NCBI GenBank assembly: GCA_963765205.1
Contig: CAVXVB010000009.1
Coordinates: 832,001 to 896,000 of the forward strand
DNA: 64,000 nucleotides
Source: an uncultured Verrucomicrobiae bacterium
GTDB lineage: Bacteria; Verrucomicrobiota; Verrucomicrobiia; Opitutales; JABDGR01
Direction of reading: 5' to 3'
Shown here: in pieces, positions 49,964-62,019 of the stretch
Layout: every line of letters starts with the position of its first letter
Position numbering within the stretch: the stretch's first letter is position 1
Translations under genes and position numbers: made by a program
The notes under the pieces: model-generated
What the model was told of the DNA's origin: nothing
Database searches by the model: none
What the model saw: the letters and a program-made list of their open reading frames with translations, nothing else

Positions 49964-50779
49964 ATGGCGAAAACCACCGCGCGCCTCGAAGTTAACGTAG
50001 TCGCCGGACGCAGCGCAGCCACCACGGTTTGTTCCTCGAATCCGCTGAAGCTCCTGGTTCCGCGCCCGCGCGGGGAAAGCATCTGGGCCTACCTGGGCAG
50101 TTTCGGGGGCGGGTTCGTGGCGGGGGATGAGACCAGCATGGCCATTCGTCTGGGAGCCGACGCCCGCTGTTTTCTATCCACGCAGGCTTCCACCAAAATC
50201 TACCGCAATCCTCGCGAGCTACCCTGCGGCCAATCGCTCCGGGCCGAGCTCGCAGCCGGTTCGCTGCTCGTCTTCGCGCCCGACCCCATCCAGTCCTTTG
50301 CCGGCTCGGCCTATGCCCAGCGCCAGGAATTTCATCTGCAAGCGGGCGCCAGTCTAGTGCTGGTCGATTGGTTTTGCTCCGGTCGCACAGCGCGCAACGA
50401 ACGCTGGATTTTCACGCGTTTGCAAAGCCGGAACGAAATTTTTGTCGGCGGAGAAAGATTGCTGGTGGATTCCCTGCTGCTGGATCAGGCCGATGGCCCG
50501 CTCGAAGGGACCCATCGCATGGGCCGCTTTAATTGCGTCGCCGTCATTGTCGTCATGGGAGCCTCCGTGGCCGAGGCCGCGGCGAACTGGCTCGCGGAAG
50601 TGGCCAGCCGTCCGGTGGCGCGGCGCGCCAGCCTCATCGTCACCGCCAGCCCCCTGCGGGAAGGCGTCATCGTGCGCGTGGCCGGCGAAAGTAGCGAGGA
50701 AGTCGCCCGCGAAATTCATCGCGGACTCGCCTTTGTGCCCAAATTGCTGGGTGACGACCCGTGGTCTAGAAAGTGGTAA
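49964..50779 (+). CDS. ureD: Urease accessory protein UreD/UreH; start uncertain
   Basis: [32 protein letters not shown]. Confidence 0.88.
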   Translation: MAKTTARLEVNVVAGRSAATTVCSSNPLKLLVPRPRGESIWAYLGSFGGGFVAGDETSMAIRLGADARCFLSTQASTKIYRNPRELPCGQSLRAELAAGSLLVFAPDPIQSFAGSAYAQRQEFHLQAGASLVLVDWFCSGRTARNERWIFTRLQSRNEIFVGGERLLVDSLLLDQADGPLEGTHRMGRFNCVAVIVVMGASVAEAAANWLAEVASRPVARRASLIVTASPLREGVIVRVAGESSEEVAREIHRGLAFVPKLLGDDPWSRKW

Positions 50780-50786
50780 AACTATT

Positions 50787-51545
50787 ATGCACCTGAACCC
50801 TCGAGAACTGGACAAGTTAATCCTGCACCAAGCCGGTGTCCTGGCGCAAAAACGGCTGGCGCGCGGCTTGCGCCTCAATCATCCCGAGGCCGTCGCGCTG
50901 ATCGCTACGCAGTTGCTCGAATTCGTTCGCGACAGCAAAAGCGTTTCCGAATTGATGGACCTCGGCCGCCAGTTGCTCGGCCGCAACCAGGTGATGGAGG
51001 GCGTGCCTTCCATGATTACAGAAGTGCAGGTTGAGGGAACTTTTCCCGACGGCACCAAATTGATCACCGTGCACCATCCCATCGCCGCCGCCGAGGGCAA
51101 CCTCGTCCTGGCGTTGCAGGGAAGTTTTTTGCCCGTGCCGGACGCCGCCTTGTTCAAGCCGGAGGTCGCAGATATTGAGCCGGGTGAATGTCTCGCGTCG
51201 GAGGGAGTCGTGGAACTCAACGCAGGCCGCAACAGCATCAAGCTCCCGGTCACCAATCTGGGCGACCGCCCCGTCCAGGTGGGCAGCCACTACCATTTCA
51301 TCGAGACCAACGCCTCGCTCGAATTTGACCGGCTCGCGGCCTACGGCAAACGCCTGGACATTCCCGCCGGGACGGCCGTGCGGTTCGAGCCGGGCGAAAC
51401 CAAAACCGTGCAGCTCGTCGACATCGCCGGCCGGCGTGTTATCCACGGCGGCAATAATCTGGCCAGTGGCCCGGTTTCCGACGCCGGCAGGGCGGCGGCG
51501 GCCACCCGCATCGCGCAACAAGGTTTTTCCCACAAATCATCCTGA
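50787..51545 (+). CDS. ureAB: Fused urease gamma/beta subunit
   Basis: [11 protein letters not shown]...[16 protein letters not shown] (gamma) continues in frame into [15 protein letters not shown]...[15 protein letters not shown] (beta). Confidence 0.95.
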   Translation: MHLNPRELDKLILHQAGVLAQKRLARGLRLNHPEAVALIATQLLEFVRDSKSVSELMDLGRQLLGRNQVMEGVPSMITEVQVEGTFPDGTKLITVHHPIAAAEGNLVLALQGSFLPVPDAALFKPEVADIEPGECLASEGVVELNAGRNSIKLPVTNLGDRPVQVGSHYHFIETNASLEFDRLAAYGKRLDIPAGTAVRFEPGETKTVQLVDIAGRRVIHGGNNLASGPVSDAGRAAAATRIAQQGFSHKSS

Positions 51546-51551
51546 CCCACC

Positions 51552-53267
51552 ATGTCGCACCTCATGAAACGCCAGCATTACGCCGAGATGTTCGGCCCGA
51601 CCACGGGCGATCGCGTCCGGCTCGGCGACACTTCTCTCCTCCTGCAAGTCGAGCGCGACCACACGGTCTACGGCGACGAGTGCAAATTTGGCGGCGGCAA
51701 GCCCATTCGCGAAGGCCAGGGCCAGGCCGCCGGCGTGGGACAGGAGGATTGCCTGGATTGTGTCATTACCAACGCCCTCGTCGTGGACTACACGGGCATT
51801 TACAAAGCCGACGTGGGCATCAAGAACGGCCTGATTGCCGGGATCGGCAAGGCGGGCAATCCCGATGTCATGGCCGGAGTCTCCCAAAACATGATCGTCG
51901 GGGTGACCACAGAAGTGATCGCCGGCGAGGGGCTGATCCTTACCGCCGGCGGGATCGACTCGCACATTCATTTCATCTGCCCGCAACAGGCTCATGAGGC
52001 CATCGCTGCCGGACTGACCACCATGGTGGGCGGCGGCACCGGCCCGGCCACCGGGACTTGCGCCACCACCTGCACGCCGAGCGCGTTTTATCTCGAACGG
52101 ATGCTGCAGTCGACCGATGCCCTGCCGCTGAATTTTGGCTTCACCGGCAAAGGCAACACCGCCCTGCCGCAAGGATTGCAGGAACAGATTCTCGGCGGCG
52201 CCATCGGCCTGAAGCTCCATGAGGACTGGGGCACCACGCCCGCCGCCATTGATTGCTGCCTGCGCGTCGCCGATGACCACGACGTGGCGGTGACCATCCA
52301 TACCGACACCTTGAACGAATCGGGCTTTGTCGAAGCGACCATCGCCGCGATCAAAGGCCGCACCATCCATACTTACCACTCCGAAGGCGCCGGTGGCGGC
52401 CACGCGCCGGACATCATTCGCATCTGTGGTGAGGCGCACGTGCTGCCCAGTTCCACCAATCCGACGCGCCCCTATACCGTCAACACGATCGACGAGCATC
52501 TCGACATGGTGATGTTCTGCCACCACCTCGACCGCAAACTGCCGGAGGACGTCGCCTTCGCCGAGAGCCGCATTCGCGGCGAGACCATCGCCGCCGAGGA
52601 TATCCTGCACGACCTCGGTGCCATCAGCATGATGAGTTCCGATTCGCAGGCCATGGGCCGCATCGGCGAAGTCATCACCCGCTCGTGGCAAACGGCGGAC
52701 AAGATGAAGCAACAACGCGGGTCGCTGCCGGGCGAAGCCGCGGGCAACGACAATCTGCGGATCAAACGCTACATTTCCAAATACACCATCAACCCCGCGA
52801 TTGCCCACGGCATGGCGCATGCCATCGGCTCTGTGGAGGTCGGCAAGCTGGCCGACTTGGTTCTCTGGCGGCCCGCCTTTTTTGGGGCCAAGCCCGAAAT
52901 GGTGCTCAAGGGCGGCTTCATCGCCTGGTCGCAGATGGGCGACCCCAACGCCTCCTTGCCCACGCCGCAACCCGTTTTCATGCGCCCGATGTTTGGCGCC
53001 TTTGGCTCGGGCCCGGGCTCGTCGTGCATCGCCTTTGTCAGCCGGCGTTGCCGGGACCAAGGCGTCGCCGCCGGCTACGGGCTGCGCAAACGCATTGACG
53101 CCGTGCAAGCCTGCCGCAAACTCGGCAAGAAGGACATGAAATGGAACGATGCCACCCCGCGGATCACGGTCGATCCGGAAACTTACGCCGTCACGGCCGA
53201 TGGCGTGCCGTTGGTGTGCCAACCGGTCCGCGTGCTCCCGCTGGCCCAACGCTATTCCCTGTTTTGA
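51552..53267 (+). CDS. ureC: Urease alpha subunit
   Basis: [42 protein letters not shown]. Confidence 0.98.
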   Translation: MSHLMKRQHYAEMFGPTTGDRVRLGDTSLLLQVERDHTVYGDECKFGGGKPIREGQGQAAGVGQEDCLDCVITNALVVDYTGIYKADVGIKNGLIAGIGKAGNPDVMAGVSQNMIVGVTTEVIAGEGLILTAGGIDSHIHFICPQQAHEAIAAGLTTMVGGGTGPATGTCATTCTPSAFYLERMLQSTDALPLNFGFTGKGNTALPQGLQEQILGGAIGLKLHEDWGTTPAAIDCCLRVADDHDVAVTIHTDTLNESGFVEATIAAIKGRTIHTYHSEGAGGGHAPDIIRICGEAHVLPSSTNPTRPYTVNTIDEHLDMVMFCHHLDRKLPEDVAFAESRIRGETIAAEDILHDLGAISMMSSDSQAMGRIGEVITRSWQTADKMKQQRGSLPGEAAGNDNLRIKRYISKYTINPAIAHGMAHAIGSVEVGKLADLVLWRPAFFGAKPEMVLKGGFIAWSQMGDPNASLPTPQPVFMRPMFGAFGSGPGSSCIAFVSRRCRDQGVAAGYGLRKRIDAVQACRKLGKKDMKWNDATPRITVDPETYAVTADGVPLVCQPVRVLPLAQRYSLF

Positions 53268-53911
53268 AAACGCCGGACCAGGATTGGCTGTTGTGGCAAC
53301 TCGCGGATTCCGCCTTTCCGACCGGAGGCTTTGCGCACAGCGTGGGATTGGAAGCCGCCTGGCAACATGGCGAGATTCGCAACCCCGCCGAGTTAACGTC
53401 TTTTCTCGAAGCCAGCCTGCGGCAATTGGCTCACTCGGCGTTGCCGTTCGCCGCCGCCGCGCATGACGCGCCGGAACAGGGAGCGGAACTGGACCGCTTG
53501 TCCGACGCCTTTCTCACTAATCATGTGGCCAACCGCGCCAGCCGCGCACAGGGCCGCTCTTTCCTGATGGTGGTGGAAAAAACTTTCGGTTTGGCACACC
53601 ACTCGCTGCCCTTCGGGCATTTCGCGCCGGTATTTGGCGGCACTGCCCGCCGGCTCGGCCTGCCGCGGATGAATACGACCCACCTTTTCTTTTTCCAGCA
53701 TTTGCGCGCGTTGGTTGCCGCCGCCATCCGGCTGGGCATCGTTGGCCCCATGGAGGCGCAGGCCCTCCAGCACCGCTTGGCGCCCCATGCGCGGGAGATA
53801 CTTTCCCGCGGCGGGCATTGGCCCGTTTCCGCCATGGCCCAAACGGCGCCGTTGCTGGAATTATGGCAGGGAACCCAAGACCGCCTCTACTCCCGCTTGT
53901 TTCAAAGCTGA
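53264..53911 (+). CDS. ureF: Urease accessory protein UreF
   Basis: [16 protein letters not shown]-terminal SRLFQS; TTG start overlaps the ureC TGA. Confidence 0.92.
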   Translation: MKTPDQDWLLWQLADSAFPTGGFAHSVGLEAAWQHGEIRNPAELTSFLEASLRQLAHSALPFAAAAHDAPEQGAELDRLSDAFLTNHVANRASRAQGRSFLMVVEKTFGLAHHSLPFGHFAPVFGGTARRLGLPRMNTTHLFFFQHLRALVAAAIRLGIVGPMEAQALQHRLAPHAREILSRGGHWPVSAMAQTAPLLELWQGTQDRLYSRLFQS

Positions 53912-53913
53912 CC

Positions 53914-54690
53914 ATGAAAACCCATACGCATCACGACCACGACCATGGCCACGAAGATACCCATGCTCACGGCCATGGCCACACGCACGAACATCTCGAC
54001 CACCCCGGCCATTTCCACGAACGCGACCAACCGCTGCACCGCGATTTCCACCAGCGTGCGTTCACGGTCGGCGTGGGCGGGCCGGTGGGCAGCGGCAAGA
54101 CGGCGTTGATGCTCGCGCTGTGCCGGCAATTGCGCCGGCAAATGAACATCGCTGCCGTCACCAATGACATTTTCACCCGGGAAGACGGCGAATTCCTCAT
54201 CCGCAACCAGGCGCTGGAAGCCGAGCGCATCCGGGCCGTGGAAACCGGCGGCTGTCCGCACGCGGCTATCCGCGAAGACATTTCCGCCAACCTGCTGGCG
54301 CTGGAGGAACTCCATCAGCAATTTCACCCCGACCTGATGCTGCTGGAATCCGGCGGCGACAACCTGGCCGCCCACTTCAGCCGCGAGCTGGCCGATTACA
54401 CCATCTACGTTATTGACGTGGCCGGGGGTGACAAAATCCCGCGCAAAGGCGGCCCGGGCATCACGCAGTCCGACCTTCTGGTCATCAACAAAACGGATCT
54501 GGCCGCCGCCATCGGCGCGGATTTGGGCGTGATGGAGCGCGACGCGCGGCTCATGCGCGGCCACGGCCCGTTCGTGTTCGCGCAAGTCAAGCACGGTCTC
54601 GGGGTTGATGAAATCATGAACCACGTTATCCATCACTGGCAGCATGCCGCGGGCATCGCCCATCGTCATTCCGCCGCTGGAGAAAAATGA
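53914..54690 (+). CDS. ureG: Urease accessory GTPase UreG with His-rich N-terminus
   Basis: [25 protein letters not shown]; poly-His leader. Confidence 0.96.
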   Translation: MKTHTHHDHDHGHEDTHAHGHGHTHEHLDHPGHFHERDQPLHRDFHQRAFTVGVGGPVGSGKTALMLALCRQLRRQMNIAAVTNDIFTREDGEFLIRNQALEAERIRAVETGGCPHAAIREDISANLLALEELHQQFHPDLMLLESGGDNLAAHFSRELADYTIYVIDVAGGDKIPRKGGPGITQSDLLVINKTDLAAAIGADLGVMERDARLMRGHGPFVFAQVKHGLGVDEIMNHVIHHWQHAAGIAHRHSAAGEK

Positions 54691-54778
54691 GCAGGCGTAA
54701 CCCAATGAAATCATTAAGACGCGAACCGGTGTAAACGATTATGCCTGCGGCCATGGAATCCTCCAACCTCGTTAAAAA

Positions 54779-55837
54779 ATGATCGCACATCTCTTGCCGC
54801 TGCCGAAAAACCTCAAGGGAAATGTTTTGGGCATCTATGGACTGCTGATCGGGGCAAACCTGGCGGTGTGGATTTGGGCGGTGATCTCCTTCCATGCTTA
54901 TCCGTTGCTGCTGGGCACCTCGCTGTTGGCCTATACGTTTGGCCTGCGCCATGCGGTGGACGCCGATCATATTGCCGCCATCGACAATGTCACGCGCAAG
55001 CTGATGCAGCAGGGAAAAAGACCGTTGGCCGTTGGCCTTTTCTTCTCCTTGGGCCACTCCACGGTCGTGTTTGGCCTGTCCCTCGTCATAGCTGTGACTT
55101 CCGCCGCGATCAAGGACCGCATGGAACCCGTTCATGTCATCGGCAGCATGGTGGGCACCTCCGTATCCGCCTTTTTTCTTCTGGCGATAGCGGCGGCCAA
55201 TATGATCGTCCTGGTTTCGGTCTACCGGATGTTCCGGGTCGTCAAGGCGGGGGGCGGCTATGTCGAGGAGGATTTGGAACTGATTCTTGCCCAGTGCGGC
55301 TTTTTGGGGCGGATTTTCCGCCGGGTATTTCGCCTCATCGAAAAAAGCTGGCACATGTATCCGCTCGGTTTTCTCTTTGGCCTGGGCTTCGACACGGCGA
55401 CGGAAATCGGCCTGCTGGGCATCTCCGCCACCCAGGCGTCCAACGGGCTGCCCGTCTGGTCTATTCTGGTCTTTCCGGCGCTTTTCACCACCGGCATGGC
55501 GTTGGTGGACACCACCGACAGCATTTTGATGCTGAGCGTGTACGGCTGGGCGTTCGTGAAGCCGATCCGAAAACTCTATTACAACCTGACCATCACGTTT
55601 GTCTCGGTGGCCGTGGCGTTGGTGGTTGGCGGCATTGAGGCGCTGGGCTTGGCGGTCGACCACTTTGAGTTGCATGGGGCCGTCTGGAATTCGGTTCGTG
55701 GGCTCAACGATAACTTGGGCGCGTTGGGCTTCATCATTATCGGCATCTTTGTCGCCAGTTGGGTGGTTTCGATTACGGTCTACCGGCTCAAACGGTACGA
55801 CGAAATAAAACCCGGCCTGCTGTCAGTTAAAAATTAA
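54779..55837 (+). CDS. High-affinity nickel permease (HoxN/NixA, NiCoT family)
   Basis: RHAVDADHI signature, GHS, LGFDTATE. Confidence 0.95.
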   Translation: MIAHLLPLPKNLKGNVLGIYGLLIGANLAVWIWAVISFHAYPLLLGTSLLAYTFGLRHAVDADHIAAIDNVTRKLMQQGKRPLAVGLFFSLGHSTVVFGLSLVIAVTSAAIKDRMEPVHVIGSMVGTSVSAFFLLAIAAANMIVLVSVYRMFRVVKAGGGYVEEDLELILAQCGFLGRIFRRVFRLIEKSWHMYPLGFLFGLGFDTATEIGLLGISATQASNGLPVWSILVFPALFTTGMALVDTTDSILMLSVYGWAFVKPIRKLYYNLTITFVSVAVALVVGGIEALGLAVDHFELHGAVWNSVRGLNDNLGALGFIIIGIFVASWVVSITVYRLKRYDEIKPGLLSVKN

Positions 55838-55918
55838 GCGGTCTGAGCAAAAACGCGCACGAAACTTGGCAAACACGGCCTTGATGGCGCGAATTCGCGA
55901 GGACTTGGAAAAGCGGCT

Positions 55919-55954
55919 GTCGCAATTCCGTTTGTTTTCGTCGCAATTCCGTTT
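55919..55954. repeat. 15-bp direct repeat with 21-bp period
   Basis: GTCGCAATTCCGTTT at 55919-55933 and 55940-55954. Confidence 0.75.
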
Positions 55955-56226
55955 AATTTTTGTTGTGAGCGGCCCTCCCGCATGACAAAAACTCGGGCCG
56001 GCAGGCGGGAGGTTAACCGGTCGGAAAATGGCGTATTTCCGAGGTGAATTTGCTCAGCCGTGCAATATTTTTCGCGGATGATTCGGCGTGATTCCAGCGT
56101 CCGCACCAGTTAATTCCAATTTCATATTGCATATAAATAAGGCCAGTCGTGATAACGCTGCGATATATAGGCAAAATAAAATTCCGATCGGTTCTTGGCC
56201 GATCGCTTAACGCAAACGTCACATTT

Positions 56227-56242
56227 TGGCATCGTTTATGCT
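56227..56242 (+). promoter_or_regulatory. Sigma54 (-24/-12) promoter for porin-urtABCDE
   Basis: TGGCATCGTTTATGCT: GG-N10-GC, about 100 bp upstream of ATG 56341. Confidence 0.7.
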
Positions 56243-56340
56243 CACTCGTTTTTTCACTGCAAAAGCCGGCTGAATGCTCACTTCAGCATGTCATCTTCCA
56301 ACCACAGCAGGCGCGAATTGCAGCGGAGAAATACGTCGCT

Positions 56341-57612
56341 ATGAATAATCCATCTGCGCTCAAACTGATCCACCGGTGCTTGTTAACCGGGGGTGTTTTG
56401 CTCGGCAGTGCCGCTGTCGCACTGGCCCAAGACACCGCCCCCACCTTGTCCAGCTTGGAACAAGAAAATCAAGCCTTGACCAGTCGCCTCAATGCGCTTG
56501 AGGCCATGGTGCAAAAACAGGGCTTGGCACCCAGTGCCATGCCGATGCCCAGCCCCGTGTCGTCCCTCGATAAAATCACGATCAGCGGCTTTGTTCAGAC
56601 CTCTTATTTCAGCAATCTTGAAAATGAAACTGCCCAGCGCATACCCAGCTATTTGTGGGACAACAAGAACAACAACTTCTCGATCAACAAGGTCAAGTTG
56701 ACTTTTGCCAGCACGCCGGCCGTGCGCAGTGACACGGATTGGAGTGCGGCTTTCCGTGTGTCGTTGATGGCGGGCGAGGACTCCTCGGTTTTGAATTCCG
56801 GCAGCACCGGCCCAATATCGGGTTTCCAATACCTGCGTGAGGCCTACGTGGAAACGAACGTACCCGTCGGAAATGGCTTGATTATCAAGGCGGGCGAATT
56901 GATCTCGCTGCTGAATTGGGAATCCGGCGACGGCGGCGCGGCCAACCCGAATTTTTCCCAAGGTTATCAATGGTATTACACCGGCAATGGCCCGTCCGGC
57001 GGCGTGCAGGCTGATTATGCTTTCACGGATTGGCTGGATGTGACCGCGCGTGTGGACAACGGCCTGTATGCCGGCCCCGTTGGCAACGCGAACAAGAAGG
57101 AAGCGATGGGTTCAATCAACCTCAAACCCACCAAGGATTTCTGGATGAATTTAATCGGCTTTGGCGGCTTGGGTGCCGACGGCTTGGATGCGAACGGCGG
57201 GTCGGTCATCGGCGGATATCAGATCACTCCCGAGCTGGGCACCGGGTTTGAGGGCGACTACTTTAGTTTTCACAATCAGGGCAACCCCTCGGGCGATTTA
57301 GAGTCGATTGGCGGCTGGATCTGGTATGACTTCACGCCCCAATACGGCATTGCTTTCCGGGCTGAATATCTGGATGACCCGGAAGGGGTTGGACTGAACG
57401 GCGGTCCGAACCCGTTTGGCCCCGGCTCCGGAATTTTGTCGCCATCCCCGAACGGAAATTTGGAAAGCTTCACGGTTACGTTCAACTGGCGTCCCGTCTC
57501 CTACTTGAAAATCCAACCTGAATTTCGGGTGAACCACACCTCGTATACGGGTGGCTTTGCCGGCAAACAAAACGAATACATTGTCGGGCTCGGCGCGACT
57601 TATTCGTTCTAA
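56341..57612 (+). CDS. Outer-membrane beta-barrel porin (BBP2/OmpL-like)
   Basis: Signal peptide, short coiled coil, alternating aromatic strands, C-terminal YSF. Confidence 0.8.
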   Translation: MNNPSALKLIHRCLLTGGVLLGSAAVALAQDTAPTLSSLEQENQALTSRLNALEAMVQKQGLAPSAMPMPSPVSSLDKITISGFVQTSYFSNLENETAQRIPSYLWDNKNNNFSINKVKLTFASTPAVRSDTDWSAAFRVSLMAGEDSSVLNSGSTGPISGFQYLREAYVETNVPVGNGLIIKAGELISLLNWESGDGGAANPNFSQGYQWYYTGNGPSGGVQADYAFTDWLDVTARVDNGLYAGPVGNANKKEAMGSINLKPTKDFWMNLIGFGGLGADGLDANGGSVIGGYQITPELGTGFEGDYFSFHNQGNPSGDLESIGGWIWYDFTPQYGIAFRAEYLDDPEGVGLNGGPNPFGPGSGILSPSPNGNLESFTVTFNWRPVSYLKIQPEFRVNHTSYTGGFAGKQNEYIVGLGATYSF

Positions 57613-57675
57613 GCCGCATTTTTTTGACCAGTCAGCTTCAACCTATTAAAAACCAACTCTCTAAAACTCAAAATC

Positions 57676-58998
57676 ATGAAAAGTTACCTGCTACCAATTG
57701 TGGCCCTGGCGGCCACGCTGAATCTCGTATCTCCCGCCGCAGCGGCCGACGCCGCCCCGCCGCCTGACACCGTCAAGGTGGGCGTGCTCCACTCCCTGAG
57801 TGGCACCATGGCCATCAGCGAAACTTCCCTGCGCGATGTGCTGCTTTTTGCCTTCGACCAAATTAACGCTGCTGGCGGTGTTAAAGTCGGCGGTAAATCA
57901 TACATGATTGATCCCGTGGTGGTGGACGGCGCTTCCAACTGGCCCTTGTTTGCCGAGAAGGCCAAGCAACTGCTGGAGGAGGACAAAGTGGCCGTCACGT
58001 TCGGCTGCTGGACCTCGGTGAGCCGCAAGTCCGTGCTGCCGGTGTTCGAGAAGGATAATGGCATGCTGTTCTATCCCGTGCAATACGAGGGGGAGGAGCT
58101 TTCCAAGAACATCTTCTATACCGCCGAAGCGGTGGGACAGCAGGCCACCCCGGCGGTGGATTACCTGCTCGCCCAGGGCAAAAAGAAGTTCTACCTCATC
58201 GGCACCGACTATGTTTACCCGCAAACCACCAACCTGATTCTTTACAAATACCTGCTGCTGCATGGTGTTCCCGTGGAGAATATTGGCGGTGGCTTGCGCA
58301 AAGACGCGGATGGCAAGGTTATTTCCGCCGGCCAATATGTGCCCTTTGGCCATACCGACTTTCAGCAGATTGTGGCGGACATCAAGCAGTTTGCCTCCAG
58401 CGGTGACGCCTGCGTGATCAACACCATCAATGGCGACTCCAACGTGCCCTTCTTCAAGGAAATTGTCGCCGCGGGATTGACCCCGTCCGACTGCCCGGTG
58501 GTCTCCTTCAGTTTGGCTGAAGACGAACTGCGCAGCATGCCGACCAAGGACATGGTGGGTGAACTCGGCTGCTGGACTTATTTCATGTCGCTGGACACCC
58601 CTGAAAACACGGCCTTCCTCAAAAGCTGGAATGACTGGCTGGCGACCGAAGACCACCCCGGGGTAATCAAGGAAAAGCGCGCGATGGATAGTCCTATGGT
58701 CTTGTCCTATGACGGCGTTTATTTGTGGAAACAGGCCGTGGAGAAAGCGGACTCCTTTGATGTGGACAAGGTGCGCGCGGTGCTGGAATCCGGTGACGAC
58801 AGCTTCGCCGGACCGGGTGGCAAAATCACCATGCAGGCGAATCACCACGCCACGAAGAACGTTTACATCGGTGAAACCAAAGCCAACGGCCAGTTCAAGA
58901 TTTTGCAGACTTTTGACCAAGTATATGGTGAGCCGTTCCTACTGAAGGGCTTGGACGACAAGTTGGCCGCGGCCGCGCCGCCCGCCACCACCAAGTGA
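57676..58998 (+). CDS. urtA: Urea ABC transporter substrate-binding protein
   Basis: [33 protein letters not shown]. Confidence 0.92.
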   Translation: MKSYLLPIVALAATLNLVSPAAAADAAPPPDTVKVGVLHSLSGTMAISETSLRDVLLFAFDQINAAGGVKVGGKSYMIDPVVVDGASNWPLFAEKAKQLLEEDKVAVTFGCWTSVSRKSVLPVFEKDNGMLFYPVQYEGEELSKNIFYTAEAVGQQATPAVDYLLAQGKKKFYLIGTDYVYPQTTNLILYKYLLLHGVPVENIGGGLRKDADGKVISAGQYVPFGHTDFQQIVADIKQFASSGDACVINTINGDSNVPFFKEIVAAGLTPSDCPVVSFSLAEDELRSMPTKDMVGELGCWTYFMSLDTPENTAFLKSWNDWLATEDHPGVIKEKRAMDSPMVLSYDGVYLWKQAVEKADSFDVDKVRAVLESGDDSFAGPGGKITMQANHHATKNVYIGETKANGQFKILQTFDQVYGEPFLLKGLDDKLAAAAPPATTK

Positions 58999-59038
58999 AG
59001 AATCGTTCACGGTCAATTCACATGATCTCCAATTCAAG

Positions 59039-59067
59039 GGGGCGGAGCACCAGCTCCGCCCCTTTTT
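59039..59067 (+). terminator. Intrinsic terminator-like hairpin between urtA and urtB
   Basis: GGGGCGGAGC-ACCA-GCTCCGCCCC followed by TTTTT. Confidence 0.8.
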
Positions 59068-59074
59068 ACATTAA

Positions 59075-60831
59075 ATGAAGAAACTATTGAAATGTATTGC
59101 TGCATTGGGTTTGCTGTTGCTGCTGCCGTGCCTCAAGGCGGTGGGAGCCGATTCTCCTGTACCTGACGATGCCGCAGTCCGCCAGCTTCTCGTTCAAGTA
59201 ATCACGAGCAAGGGAGCCGCGCAGCAAAAACTGCTTGGCGACATTGGGGAGACCGGTTCCAAAATTGCGGGAGACGTATTGACGGCCTGGACGCGAGACG
59301 AGGTTTACCTGTATCCCGCGCCCGATGGCACCAAGGTGCCCGTGTTGCTGGAAGACGCGCAGGATGCAAGCGGCAAAGCCCGTGCCCTGCGTATCATTGA
59401 TGGGCAGGTGGTCAAGGACGCCAGCGGCAAGGATTTGCGTTTTGGCGACAGTGAATTGGACACCGCGGATACGGACATGAGTTTGCGCACCACTATCAGC
59501 CGAACGATTGACACCCTGTCCCTCTCCAGCCCCGATGTTGACAGCCGCTGGTCGGCGGTGAACAAATTGGGCAATTCACAAAAACCCATCTATATTCCCA
59601 TTCTTCAGGCCAGGCTGGCCAAAGAGACGGATGCCACCGTGAAACGAGCAATTATGGAAGGCATCGCCACTTTGCAACTCAACGACCCCGAACCGGCCGT
59701 GCAAATTGCGGCGGTCAAGCAATTACAGGCCTTAAATTCGATCGGTAATCTTGACAACCTGCAGCGGCTCGCCGCCGACCCCAAAACCGGCCGCGATGTC
59801 GTGCAAGCCGCCAATCTGGCTCTTGGTTCCATTCAAAGGCACGTTTGGTTTGTGAATTTCTATGGCACGATTTTTCACGGCCTGAGTCTTGGTCCATTCT
59901 CCTGGTGGTCGCACTCGGCCTGGCCATCACCTTTGGCCTGATGGGGGTCATCAACATGGCGCATGGCGAAATGATCGCCATTGGAGCCTACACCAGCTAT
60001 GTCGTGCAAAACCTGTTCGGCACTGGCTTTTCCTTTGCTGTTACCTTGCCTTTTAGCGTTATGGGCAAACCACTCGGTTTTGGCCTGAGTCTGCCGGGAT
60101 TGAACGCCACGGGCTGGTTTTATCAAAGTTATTTTTTGTTCGCGATTCCACTCAGTTTTCTGACTGCCGCGCTGGCGGGGCTCGTGCTGGAACGCACCGT
60201 CATTCAATACCTTTACCGCCGTCCGCTCGAGTCGCTCTTAGCCACCTGGGGCGTGTCCCTCGTCATGCAGCAGCTCTTCCGGATGATTTTTGGGGCGAAC
60301 AACGTCCAAGTCAACTCGCCCTCCTGGCTGCTGGGCCACTTCGATGTGAATGACGTTTCATTTGGCTATAATCGCGTATTCGTCATCGCCTTTGCCTTTT
60401 TAATTGTGTTGGGCACCTGGCTGTTGCTCACCAAAACGCCCCTGGGTCTGCTCATTCGCGCCGTGATGCAAAACCGTTCTATGGCTTCTTGCATGGGCGT
60501 GCGCACCAGCCGCGTGAACATGATGACTTTTGCCTTTGGGTCCGGGCTGGCTGGCTTGGCCGGGGCCTTTCTTTCGCAAATTGGCAATGTGGGGCCGAGT
60601 TTGGGCCAAAGTTACATTGTGGACAGTTTTATGACGGTGGTGGTGGGCGGGGTCGGCAGCATCATTGGCACGGTTTATGCAGCGTTAGGCATCGGCACGG
60701 CGGACCAGGTTTTGCAGCAATTGTTCGGATCGCCAGTAATGGGCAAAATCATCGTCCTCGTCTGCATCATTTTATTCCTGCAATGGAAGCCAGGCGGACT
60801 GTTTTCCATTCGTGGCCGAAATCTGGATTGA
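59075..60831 (+). CDS. urtB: Urea ABC transporter permease with large N-terminal periplasmic domain (apparent frameshift at ~59893)
   Basis: ORF 59075.. ends FHGLSLG; the next frame continues SILLVVALGLAITFGLMGVINMAHGE. Confidence 0.88.
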
Positions 60832-60835
60832 CACC

Positions 60836-62019
60836 ATGCGGGCCAAGACGACCAATTTCGAGCTGTGGTTTGTGGCGGCGGCGGCCGTGGTGCTGCTGGT
60901 AATCATGCCGGGGTTAAATGCGCTCACCGCGCCGGGCAGCCCGCTGCACGTCAGTGACTTCACCATCAATCTTTACGGCAAGTATCTCTGCTATGGCATT
61001 GTGGCGATCAGCGTGGATTTGTTGTGGGGCTACACCGGCTTGCTTAGTCTCGGCCAATGTCTGTTTTTCGCCTTGGGTGGATATATGATGGGCATGTATC
61101 TCATGCGGGAGATTGGCGACCTGGGCCAATACCACATGCCCATTCCCGATTTTCTCGTGTTTTTGGGGTGGAGCAAACTGCCCGGCTTTTGGAAACCGTT
61201 CTCCAGTTTCCCGTTTGCCTTGATGATGGTCATACTGCTCCCAGCGGTCCTGTCCATCGTGTTTGGCTACATGGCCTTTCGCGCCCGCATTCGCGGGGTC
61301 TATTTTTCCATCCTGACCCAGGCGCTCACCTACGCCGCCTGTTTGCTGTTTTTTCGCAATAGCATGCTCATGGGGGGAACAACGGATTCACGGATTTCAA
61401 GTTTCTGGCCGGTTACGACCTGCGTACCCCCGCCACCCAGCGCGGGCTTTATATTTGCAGTGTGCTGTTGCTGCTGGGAACTTACTTCCTTTGCAAATGG
61501 CTGACGGGGACCAAATTTGGCAAGGTTCAGCGTGCCATTCGCGACAGCGAAAATCGCGTGCTTTTCTCGGGTTATGCCACCGCGCACTTCAAGCTGTTCG
61601 TGTTTGTCCTGGCCGCCATCATCGCAGGGCTGGCCGGCGCCCTCTATGTGCCGCAGGTGGGGATTATTAATCCGAGTGAAATGGCCACGGATAAGTCATT
61701 GGAGGCCGTGGTTTGGGTCTCGGTGGGCGGACGGGGCACCCTGATTGGCCCCGTGATTGGCGCGGTCATCATCAACGCCCTAAAAAGCTGGGCCACGCGC
61801 GCTTATCCCGACCTCTGGCTGTTGTTTCTCGGGATGACTTTTATCTTGGTGACCCTGTTCATGCCCAAGGGCATTGTCGGACTGCCCGCGCAATTGCGCG
61901 GGTTGAAACGGCGTTATCTGGCCGTCAAACCTGCTGAAACCAAAGCCGTCCCGGTCCCGTCGGACCCGCTCCCAGCCTCAGCTCCAGGCGAAATTTTGGC
62001 GAAATCGAACGACAAATGA
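60836..62019 (+). CDS. urtC: Urea ABC transporter permease (apparent frameshift in the G6 run at 61372-61377)
   Basis: [23 protein letters not shown]; one extra G restores [10 protein letters not shown] and joins [16 protein letters not shown]. Confidence 0.88.

Noticed and set aside
50442..50786. N-terminal extensions on ureAB (likewise ureF, ureG, porin, nuoN) in the ORF track
   Set aside because: They overlap upstream genes or promoters; family-typical starts lie downstream
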